Origin: Macrostomum lignano
Lineage: Eukaryota
Assembly (NCBI GenBank): GCA_002269645.1
Contig: NIVC01001989.1
Span: 151,578-215,577 of the forward strand
Length of the DNA stretch: 64,000 nt
Direction of reading: 5' to 3'
The notes under the pieces are model-generated. The model was not told the DNA's origin. It saw nothing but the letters and a program-made list of their open reading frames with translations, and did not search any database. The translations under genes and the position numbers were made by a program. The stretch's first letter is position 1; each line of letters begins with the position of its first letter. Of the stretch, positions 1-10,662 are shown piece after piece.

Positions 1-740
1 TGGGATACTAATGGTCTAATCCAGTTCTAACTGGGATTCTAATGGTCTACTTTATATTCTATCTGGGATTCTAATGGTCTAATTCATTTTTAACTGGGAT
101 TCTAATGGTCTAACCCAGATTTTAACTGGGATACTAATGGTCTAATCCAGTTCTAACTGGGATTCTAATGGTCTACTTTATATTCTATCTGGGATTCTAA
201 TGGTCTAATTCATTTTTAACTGGGATTCTAATGGTCTAACCCAGATTTTAACTGGGATACTATTGGTCTAATCCAGTTCTAACTGGCGTTCTAATGATCC
301 AATCCAGATTCAAACTGGGATTCTAATGGTCTAATACAGATTCTAACTGGAATTTTAATGGTCTAATCAAATTCTGATGGTCTAGTCTAGATCCTAATAG
401 TCTAATCAAGAATCTAATTGAGGTTCTATTCAATAATATTCTAGTCCAAACTCTAATAACTGAGTTTCTAATTTTATTCAGATTTTAGCTGGGATTCTGA
501 TGATCTAATTCCGATTCTAACTGGGATTCTGATGGTTTAATCCAGGTTCTGACTAAGATATTGTAATGGTCTAATCCGGAATCTAACTGAGTTTTTAATG
601 GCCTAAGATATTAGAATTTTAATTATCTAATTCGCATTCTAACCGGGTTTCAGTAGTATAAAATCCAGATTCAAATAGTCTAATGCAGAGTTTTTAAGAT
701 CGAATTCTAATGCGATTCCTAATGAGATTCTAATGACAAC
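1..740. repeat. Degenerate ~31-bp minisatellite (CTGGGATTCTAATGGTCTAATCCAGATTTTAA-like) with a 126-bp higher-order repeat at the start; runs off the window edge
   Basis: TGGGATACTAATGGTCTAATCCAGTTCTAAC occurs at 1 and again at 127 (period 126, four subunits). Units decay toward ~740. Confidence 0.85.
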
Positions 741-2669
741 CTAACATTGATTTATAAGTGTTAGATGTAAAAAATTCCTGCAGCCGACTCCGTTGCCCTC
801 CCCCCCCCCCTAGTCGGCAGCAGTTCGGCTTCATCCGGCAGCCTGCACCCGGCGGCCCCCGATACGCTGGGCGGCGGCAGCAAGCAGGGCTTCAGGCCAG
901 GCGGCTAAGCTGCAGAATGCATGCATTATAGTGCTGGGCACTTGCCTTAGTAATATGAATTGGTATGTCATTTTATAAGCTGCTATCTCTCCTGAATGGC
1001 GGTGTCTGGCATTGTGCTGTAGTACTCTATATGTAATAATTATCAATACTTTAAAATCGTATGTCTTCGCAATAAATCTTCTCAGTAGCAAATGCACACA
1101 CCATACTGGCTATGCTGACAACATTCAGTGTTTAAAGTGTCTGTCTATCACTTTGAATTGCATCAGACTCCATCATCTCATTCATTTTTTTGTTGTATAA
1201 TCTTGTTGCGCCTGTGCTGGAGCAGCTCTCCACACATTTCACAACTACGTTTCACTGTTCAACTTGTGGTGATTTACATATATCAACGTGTAAAGAAAAT
1301 GTTTCTTTTTCAAATGTATCCAAAGTTTATAGATTTCTACAAGATTGTGAGTGCCTGCATTGCAGTGTTTCTGTACGGGTAGGCATGCTCTGAATATTTA
1401 CCACCGATCGGTGATCAATCCAATATGAATTTCCTCAAAATCATTGCTTCGTTCCTGCAATATGCGCATAAGCTACTGAATGAAAAGTAGTTTACAAGCG
1501 TATTGCCTGTGCACTGATCAAGCGGAACAAATCTTGTTGATATCTATGGTCTGTTGGATCTGTCTCCTTTCCTCACCATAGGTAGTTCTACTGTTAGGCT
1601 GTGTTTTACCTGCGTACCGGACCTCTCCCGACAGAAGGAAGTAGAGAATAATGCCTTCTATCTATTGCTTGCGAGGGCTGCGATTTTGCTTTTTATCTTC
1701 TGTTTTCGTTTTGCGTGACAACGCTGCTTTCGTATGAATCAAAGCAAATTGCATCAGTGGAGTTCTGTTTCTTTCGCTGCTGCTGTTGTTGCTTTCCCAA
1801 GCTCTGTGCTTTATTGTCTGCTTCTTTTTGGCTCTCTGTCTCCGTCTTTTTATTTTGACGTGTTCAGCACTTGCTAGCGGCGATCCTCTTGTCTGCCCGT
1901 CTATCTGTTTGTCTGTCTGTAGTCTGCTGCGTGTCTGTGTGCCTGTTTGTCTCTGCTTGTCTGTCTGCCTTGCTGTCTGTCTATCCATCTACATCGCCTT
2001 TATTCCCGTTCATAAGCATTTTCATAATAAAGTATACTCATGAAACAACTCTTGTGCAAGAGCAGTTTTTTAATTAAGAGTCGTAGCGGCGCTTTTCAGT
2101 ATAGATTTTCAATATAGCATGTGTAATTAATAACTGTGCCCTGTCAGTTATTGTTTCTGTCCAATAGTACAATTGCAATAAATATTAGATATAATCGGCG
2201 CCTCCTACATTAAGATATGCTGTTCTCAGTCTCGGATGTGCTGTCCACGCGCCCTGCCAGATTGTATATGTTCGCTGGCTTTTCACTTGACAACTGATCA
2301 CTCTTTAGACATTTCAGCTAATGTGATTTACAAAATCGCCGTGTTTATCCCATAGTTGCTGTGTACTTTTACTATACGTGTATTAATATTTTTAGCCTGC
2401 TGCTATTCAAGCGTCAGTGATTTTAACAAAAAGAAAGTTTACTCTTCAGAGTTTTAGCCTGAGCTCTCTGCCCCTCTGCGTTCAGGAATAGAAATATAAT
2501 TTCGCCTGTCCATTCAGTGTCGCTCCTGTAATCATATATATTAGCTTATGTCAGTTCTGCGTTGGGCATGCAATTTCTTTGCCTGTAAGAAATCGTCTTG
2601 TTTGTCGGCGTCTTTGGTGTTACTTTCTTTATGCTGGTAATATCTCTGATCGAACTCCCTGCACTTCTG

Positions 2670-4785
2670 AGATTTTGTCCTCACCCTATGATGAGATTTT
2701 GTGTCTCAGCCCCACCCCATGATGAGATTTTGTGTCTCAGCTCACCCTATGATGAGATTTTGTGTCTCAGCTCACCCTATGATGAGATTTTGTGTCTCAG
2801 CCCCACCCCATGATGAGATTTTGTGTCTCAGCTCACCCTATGATGAGATTTTGTGTCTCAGCTCACCCTATGATGAGATTTTGTGTCTCAGCCCCACCCC
2901 ATGATGAGATTTTGTGTCTCAGCTCACCCTATGATGAGATTTTGTGTCTCAGCTCACCCTATGATGAGATTTTGTGTCTCAGCTTACCCTATGATGAGAT
3001 TTTGTGTCTCAGCCCCACCCCATGATGAGATTTTGTGTCTCAGCCCCACCCTATGATGAGATTTTGTGTCTCAGCTCACCCTATGATGAGATTTTGTGTC
3101 TCAGCCCCACCCTATGATGAGATTTTGTGTCTCAGCTCACCCTATGATGAGATTTTGTGTCTCAGCTTACCCTATGATGAGATTTTGTCTCAGCCCCACC
3201 CTATGATGAGATTTTGTGTCTCAGCTTACCCTATGATGAGATTTTGTCTCAGCCCCACCCTATGATGAGATTTTGTCTCAGCCCCACCCTATGATGAGAT
3301 TTTGTCTCAGCCCCACCCTATGATGAGATTTTGTGTCTCAGCTCACCCTATGATGAGAGTTTGTGTCTCAGCCCCACCCTATGATGAGATTTTGTGTCTC
3401 AGCCCCACCCTATGATGAGATTTTGTGTCTCAACCCCAGCCTATGATGAGATTTTGTGTCTCAACCCCAGCCTATGATTAGATTTTGTGTCTCAGCCCTA
3501 CATGTGTATGATGAGATTTTGTGTCTCAGCCCCAGCCTATGATGAGATTTTGTGTCTCAGCTCCACCCTATGATGAGATTTTGTGGCTCAACCCCATGAT
3601 GAGAGTTTGTGGCTCAACCCCATGATGAGAGTTTGTGGCTCAACCCTACGATGAGAGTTTGTGGCTCAACCCTATGATGAGAGTTTGTGGCTCAACCCTA
3701 TGATGAGAGTTTGTGGCTCAACCCCATGATGAGAGTTTGTGGCTCAACCCCATGATGAGAGTTTGTGGCTCAACCCATGATGAGAGTTTGTGGCTCAACC
3801 CCATGATGAGAGTTTGTGGCTCAACCCCATGATGAGAGTTTGTGGCTCAACCCTATGATGAGAGTTTGTGGCTCAACCCCATGATGAGAGTTTGTGGCTC
3901 AACCCTATGATGAGATTTTGTGGCTCAACCCCTCCCTTAGATGAGATTTTGTGTCTCAGCTCACCCTATGATGAGATTTTGTGTCTCAGCCCCACCCTAT
4001 GATGAGATTTTGTGTCTCAGCTCACCCTATGATGAGAGTTTGTGTCTCAGCTCACCCTATGATGAGAGTTTGTGTCTCAACCCCACCCTATGATGAGATT
4101 TTGTGTCTCAGCTCACCCTATGATGAGAGTTTGTGTCTCAACCCCACCCTATGATGAGATTTTGTCTCAGCTCACCCTATGATGAGATTTTGTGTCTCAG
4201 CTCACCCTATGATGAGATTGTGTCTCAACCCCACCCTATGATGAGAGTTTGTGTCTCAGCCCCACTCTATCATAGGATTTTGTGTCTCAGCTCACCCTAT
4301 GATAAGATTTTGTGTCTCAGCTCACCCTATGATGAGAGTTTGTGGCTCAACCCCATGATGAGAGTTTGTGGCTCAACCCCATGATGAGAGTTTGTGGCTC
4401 AACCCCATGATGAGAGTTTGTGGCTCAACCCCATGATGAGAGTTTGTGGCTCAACCCCATGATGAGAGTTTGTGGCTCAACCCTATGATGAGAGTTTGTG
4501 GCTCAACCCCATGATGAGAGTTTGTGGCTCAACCCTATGATGAGAGTTTGTGGCTCAACCCCATGATGAGAGTTTGTGGCTCAACCCTATGATGAGAGTT
4601 TGTGGCTCAACCCCATGATGAGAGTTTGTGGCTCAACCCTATGATGAGAGTTTGTGGCTCAACCCCATGATGAGAGTTTGTGGCTCAACCCCATGATGAG
4701 AGTTTGTGGCTCAACCCCATGATGAGAGTTTGTGGCTCAACCCTATGATGAGAGTTTGTGGCTCAACCCCTCCCTTAGATGCGAT
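2670..4785. repeat. Composite minisatellite: ~31-bp unit (CTCAGCTCACCCTATGATGAGATTTTGTGT) grading into ~26-27-bp unit (CTCAACCCCATGATGAGAGTTTGTGG)
   Basis: Direct reading. The composite block is itself duplicated: the terminal motif CCTCCCTTAGATG occurs at ~3931 and ~4769. ORFs here are repeat translations. Confidence 0.95.
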
Positions 4786-6019
4786 TTTGCGTCTTAACTT
4801 ACAACGTTTCAACTTTGAAAGTACCTGCACCTAATGTTTATAATATACTATAAGTAATATTTGATTTTTGTAAATTTCTCAACCTCACACTGCACCGAAG
4901 ACTTTAAAGTTCTCCCTCAGAATTTATCCAAATTACGCAGCTAATATTGCTGACCAGGAGGAGAGGAAAAAATGCAGGCCTTTAGAAGTCTTAGTTGCTA
5001 AACATGCAGCAATAACTGACTTTCCATCTGTATAATCCGGCACTGGTCTTGTTTACAAGCAGCTCTCGCACTCGTGCCTGTGGAATCTCCGGACTCACCT
5101 GATGCTGTAGATAAATGCCCCCTCCCGGCCTTCTCTGCCTGTCACTTGCGATAAAAATGTCAACGAGCTTCGTCTAGAAAACGAATTTGCTTCACAGAGG
5201 TACATGTTGTCTAGTCCAAATAAAAGTACATCGAGTTTTGCGTTTACTCGCCGCAGCTCTGTGACTTCTTGATCCGGCCGGGTGTGGCACAAAGCTGCGC
5301 TAAGATGCGGCGGGCAGAACTGCCTGTATGAATTCAGCTGTGCTATTTCATACGATAATTCCATTGGGAAATCTCAGCTGTCCCAGAAATCCAACTTTCT
5401 AGCTGCCGGATGCAGGATGGAGGCTATTGAAGGGAGAGTACAGTCGAATCGGGTGCGCTCCGCGTGCAGATGATGATTATCTGATGAAGATGGAAATCAC
5501 AAGCACAATATACTCGTATAATTATAGCTCGTAGCAGATGTTCAAGGAAACGATTCAACACACGCAACAGGTCAAAACTCACTAACCTTCAACAAACTTC
5601 TCACGGGATTCGAGTACAGCGTCCTTCTATAGTCTAGAAGTCCCAGACTCTCGTATACCTGCAGAGCCCGCCTCTGCAAATTGCCCAACCGTGTCCTGTG
5701 TATTAGAGAGCACCGGAACTGAGGGCTCAGTGGCGTGCAGTGCAGCACAAGGGAACGGAAGTAACACTGCGGGAGCCGCCTGTCGCCTCTGATTAGAAAA
5801 TGATAGATCGGAGAAATGTTCCTTTGAGCTTCTCCCTATAAATCACCCCCGCTGAATCCTACATGTACCTATCCCAGACAGTCTCACCTTAAAATTTTAA
5901 TTGACCGGTCTGCACGACGTGCGAATCGGCTGCGATTGCACTAATTAAAGGCCGTGATATAGCTACATATATGATGGGCCTTCTGGGATATCCTTTTGGC
6001 TTTTTATAAAGAGCAGGCG

Positions 6020-6530
6020 ATGGTGGGCGCGCATGGCTGAGGTTGGCGATGGGTGGGTGCATGGCTGGGGTTGGCGATGGGTGGGTGCATGGCTGGGGTT
6101 GGCGATGGGGTGGGTGCATGGCTGGGGTTGGCGATGGGTGGGTGCATGGCTGGGGTTGGCGATGGGTGGGTGCATGCATGGCTGGGGTTGGCGATGGGTG
6201 GGTGCATGGCTGGGGTTGGCGATGGGGTGGGTGCATGGCTGGGGTTGGCGATGGGTGGGTGCATGGCTGGGGTTGGCGATGGGTGGGTGCATGCATGGCT
6301 GGGGTTGGCGATGGGTGGGTGCATGGCTGGGGTTGGCGATGGGGTGGGTGCATGGCTGGGGTTGGCGATGGGGTGGGTGCATGGCTGGGGTTCGCGGCGG
6401 GGTGGGTGCATGCATGGCTGGGATTGACGATGTGGTGGGTGCATGGCTAGAATTGGCGATGGGGTGGGTGCTTGCATGGCTGGGGATGGCAATGGGGTGG
6501 GTGCATGTATGGCTGGGGTTGGCGATGGGT
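6020..6530. repeat. G-rich ~28-bp minisatellite (GGGTGGGTGCATGGCTGGGGTTGGCGAT), G-quadruplex-forming potential
   Basis: Direct reading; about 17 units with several G3-4 runs each. Confidence 0.95.
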
Positions 6531-7339
6531 GCAGATCAGATGCTACAGCGAGGACAACCGCGCACTCTGCGTTTCGTTAAGATTTTTTTGACAGTGTGCC
6601 ATGTTTTGAGCCTAACAGACTCACTATTTGCCGTCTTTTGTTTTTCCCGCAATTAAATTTGTCCAGCAAAGACAATAATTATGTAATGCAAATTTATACC
6701 TCGTTTGCTTGTTTTCTTGCCGTCTGCAATCACTTTCTTATTATAGAGGTTCCTTCCTCCATCTGCGAAATTTCCCAGTCATCGCAATTACTGCACTGGA
6801 CATCGGGTGCTGATCCTTCCGCCTTCAAAATTGATCCAATTTAGCGAATCGACGTTGACCGCCCATGTAAAGAAGGCTTATTCCCATCTTCTATAGGATC
6901 AAAGAACGCCAAGTCTCGCCAGAAATTGAAGCAATTATCAATAAACTCGTATAATGCGAAGCGTCTTTGAGCGTCTTTGGAAATAATCGCTTGCTGACGC
7001 AGAAAATCCGCTGTCTCAAGCTTCAAATTGACGAGGGCGTCCCTATAGTAGGGAGCGAATAAAAAATATAATTTCCCACCGATTTAAGAAAACTCCGAGC
7101 TTTAGGCCGTGTACGCGTCGTATTTTTGCACCTGGCTGTGCGTGCGTTTTAGTCGCTGAGAGTCGCTGAGAGAATTCAAATTCGTTCCTATACTAGCTAC
7201 TGGGTAGGTTGAAGCAGCGCTAAGCAGATGCTTTTTGTCACTCACATGGCCCAGCTCTATAAATAGGAGTTCTAGCAAATTGGACTTTAAAATATGGCGC
7301 ACTCAAAATGCTTTTACAGGCGGAAATTTACTAAATTGC

Positions 7340-7515
7340 AGAAAGTGTACGTGCCTGACGATTAGAAAGCCAGGGCCGCTGTGTACACCCTGAGCGCGTG
7401 CCTGTGTACACAGTATTGGCACTCTTGCATGTGCTCAGGAGTCATTGAAATAGGCCGAATTGCCTCACCCCAGGTTGTGGAACGATGTCGCCGAAGGCAT
7501 TGCGCCAGGGTGCAG
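7340..7515 (+). mobile_element. 5'-truncated, diverged SINE relative (central and 3' part only)
   Basis: GTGTACGTGCCTGACGATTAGAAAGCCAGGGCCGCTGTGTACACCCTG...GCGCCAGGGTGCA aligns by eye with the core and 3' part of the SINEs at 7557 and 57548. Confidence 0.6.
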
Positions 7516-7556
7516 CTGTCTCCAGATTTGATCATTTAAATATGATAGATGGCTGA

Positions 7557-7928
7557 GGGGGGCCGTAGCCCAGCGGTAGCGCAGCTGCTCTGGTGTGCCA
7601 GCGGCCCAGGCTCGATTCCAAGTGCAGTCACATTAATTTGGGGCTGAATTGGAATCTCGGCTTGGCTCTGCTCGTGCAATTAACGGCCTTGAGAGCCAAC
7701 CCCCCAAGGCGCAGTGAAGTGTACATGCCTAAAGATCAAATAAAGTTAGGGCCGCTGTACACTCCTGTGTGAGTGTGTGCCTGTGCGTGTGACTGCGTAC
7801 GTATCCGCGCGCTTGTGTGCCTGCTCAGGGGAGTCGGCGGAATGGGCAGTAATGCCTCTCGCCGGTTGTGTGCCTATGTCGCTTAAAGTGCGCCAGGGTG
7901 CACACAACCCCCTGCCTCTAATAAAAAA
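7557..7928 (+). mobile_element. Full-length tRNA-derived SINE, copy 1
   Basis: 5' tRNA-like head with A box (GTAGCCCAGCGG) and B box (GGCTCGATTCC), A-rich tail (TAATAAAAAAA), and a 15-bp TSD ATGATAGATGGCTGA at 7542-7556 and 7929-7943. Near-identical inverted copy at 58766-59123. Confidence 0.9.
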
Positions 7929-9845
7929 ATGATAGATGGCTGATTTTTTTTACTTTATCCAACTCCACATGTCAATCGAGCAGTGCCAAGCTTTCCGGTG
8001 CACCCAGTCCAACAGCAGGACAAAGTGGAACTGTGCCAGCGTATCGCCCCTGCGGAACACCAGCCCCTGCACGCCTGCCCCGATGCATGGACAATCGCAT
8101 GTAATCATAGATTTGGCGACATCAAAAGTGGCTGCTGTGTCCTGAATAGGAAATGATCATGCAAGTTGATTTAATTTCAGACGCAGTCTTGAAGAGTAGC
8201 AATCAAAGTTAGTGAGCTGTTCTGGCTGAGCGTCTCTTGACTAGTGATTTCCTGTCTAACACAACTATTGATTAGCAGACTAGTTTTACAGAGATACAAA
8301 GCTAAACGGAGGGGAAATGAGAACTTGTTCAAGAGACTTCAGGCCCATCAAGAGAATGTAGTCTAGACATACATGTAGGTAAATTCATCAGCTCGTTGTG
8401 CAGCTGTACTGTGTTGCTGCGCTCGAACCAGTGTGTCTACCGCTTAAATTTCATTTCTGTTATCTGTTTTTTTGGTCTATTGGCAAATGACTAATGAATA
8501 AGCTGGAGGCATATATGTAAAAGCATAAATTGTTTTTAGAGTTTTTTGGTCCACTGACTTACGCTTGCCGCAGTGGGCTGAAACAGTGGGCAGAAGGACA
8601 ACTCAAGTAGGACGCGAAAGCTCGTTTCTCGGAAATTTTATTAGGCAGGTTTTTCCAAAAAATACACTACAGAGATACGAGTACATTTAGGAAGATTTCA
8701 TTTTTTTTCAACACAAAAATTGTTATTGCTTTCCAATGTTTGGAGGCAGACCCAATGTTCATCTTTTAATATGTTGTGCCATTCTTATAGCTTTATTGAT
8801 ATTTATAAAGCTTTTCGTTTAGAAAATTAGGATTCTAATGTCTGCGTCAACTGACTGTTCACTCGTTTTAACGCTCGGACAGTCATTGAGTTCGGAGTTC
8901 TGACTGGTAAATCAACAGTCAGCTACTTATGAAAATCTGAGATACGTTCTAAACAAAGAAGCCCCATCAATATAGGCAGTGCGTGTGAGGGTGTTCGGGA
9001 GGTCTGAGAGAGAACAGCAACAGACCACACTCGATGCCGTGACAAAGTACAGCAGGGCTCACTTTCGTTGAGCTCGCGTGAGGCCTTGACGGCAAATCTG
9101 TAAACTATTTTATGACCTTCTTTGCCATTACAAAAAGCTTTTGTGATTTTTTATTCACAAATTTGTTCTTATTAGGCAACCAAAACTTTTGGGATAGCCG
9201 TCAAAACACTAAGATTTTATAGAATTTTAAGTTCAAATTTTATATTGAAACCTACAGTAAGTTTTAAGTATTTCCTGTTTGCACGATATTAGAAATGGTG
9301 AGTATTTTTAATACGCTTGGCTTCAGACCCTTGGCCGTTAGGAACTATAGGCATGATGAAGCTATATATGCAAAAATGAATTCCAGAAGTAACTTCAGAC
9401 TTTGATCTACGAGAAAAAGTTAAATCTAGCAGTTTTTAGGACAGAGAAAGGCTTTTACAGGGCTGGGATGCAGAGTTTGAGGCAGGGGACAGCGATAAAA
9501 GATAGGGGATCTCAGCTGGCTGGGATTAACTGGGCGGCAATTCGATTAATTCAATCCCGATTCAGGTGGCAAAGATTTACTAGCTGAACTGCCAGTTCAA
9601 TTCTCCCAATGTCGGAGCGACTGACTTCCGGCATTGAAATATAAAATATCGATTCAATTCAACCTTATCACTGAAGGCGGTTGTCTCAAGATGCTTGCGA
9701 GATGGTTGACTCCGCGCTGGTCCATGCTAGGTCAGAGAAGGCACACACAGAAGTATTAAATAAAATAAGCCAAAGTTGCCTAGTCGTATTTACACAGTAC
9801 TCAGTTTTATTTGTACTAAATAGCAAAACTTATGAGTCTATCAGA

Positions 9846-10075
9846 ATTTCCCGCAGGAAGTTTTCCCGCCGAGGTTTTCCCGCAGGGTTTTTACAGTCGG
9901 AATTTCAAGACAAATCCAATTGGATTTTAAATCTAGTCTAGTCTAGTCTAGTCTAGTCTAGTCTAGTCTAGTCTAGATTAGTCGGTTAGTTCAAATTTAG
10001 TCCAGCACTGTCTATAGACTGGATTTGACTCGAAATTCCGACTGTGAAAACCCTGCGGGAGATTCTCGTGCTCCC
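9846..10075. mobile_element. MITE-like foldback element with a central (TAGTC)n microsatellite
   Basis: Left arm TTCCCGCAGGGTTTTTACAGTCGGAATTTC..CAAATCC is the reverse complement of right arm GGATTTGACTCGAAATTCCGACTGTGAAAACCCTGCGGGA. The right end TTCTCGTGCTCCC is shared with the element at 30718-31163. Confidence 0.6.
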
Positions 10076-10194
10076 AAATTTATTAATGCCTTGTGGCGTG
10101 GCGTGATTGGATACGCCAACCCCCCTGGCTTAGCGTAATAATAATACGAGCGTAGTTAATAACGCCAGTTCCCCTGACCCCCCCCCCCGCCCCG

Positions 10195-10250
10195 AAGCAC
10201 GGATAGATACGCAGGCACGCTCACACAGGGTGTACTTTCTCAGTTACTCA
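10195..10250 (-). mobile_element. Short SINE core fragment
   Basis: Reverse complement reads AGAAAGTACACCCTGTGTGAGCGTGCCTGCGTATC, matching the SINE core. Confidence 0.45.
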
Positions 10251-10662
10251 AAGAGGTTAAAGTAGTAACTTCATCATCATAATTTGACTTTATTAATTCA
10301 TCAAATTATTCATTAATGAGCTAATGTGGCTTACCTTAAAACTAAAATGCCACCTTCAATCAGTAGCACCGTTAAATGGAATAAATTGATTAGCTTTGAC
10401 GTCAAGAGTGACAAATCTGCTCACAATTCCAATGCACCTCCCAACCCATGGACAGGCTGCGATGCACAGTACGGCTAGTGGACATTCCGTCCCCTGCGCC
10501 TGCGATTGGTCGAGGGCTGCAAAATCCCCGGCAGGACCCGAAGCTCCGCCCGACCCTATACGCGCCTCGTCCATCTCTATATATGAACCGGCAGCTGGCA
10601 AAATCCTTCAGCCACTTCCCTTGCCGACTCGACTGGCCACCGGACAACAAAAGGCAACAGCG

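Noticed and set aside
831-1400. GC-rich patch (831-930, minus strand) and Cys-pair ORFs (1012-1393)
   Set aside because: Could be a terminal exon or a decayed Zn-binding domain, but no recognisable family and no consistent splice chain could be built.
2670-4785. ATGATGA (box C) in every unit, suggesting a snoRNA array
   Set aside because: No box D (CTGA) on the same strand, and the units are far too short and tandemly homogeneous.
5095-5364. Minus-strand ORF with KLDVLLFG resembling the C-terminus of CR1/L2-group LINE ORF2
   Set aside because: Only one short motif and no RT sequence nearby; too weak to call.
6660-7310. Minus-strand ORF fragments including VQCSNCDDW (PHD-like start)
   Set aside because: The remaining PHD Cys/His ligands are absent, stops interrupt the frames and no splice model emerged.
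7557-7630. Possible tRNA gene (also at 57548 and 59050-59123)
   Set aside because: A and B boxes are present but no convincing cloverleaf or acceptor stem; each continues into a SINE body, two with TSDs.
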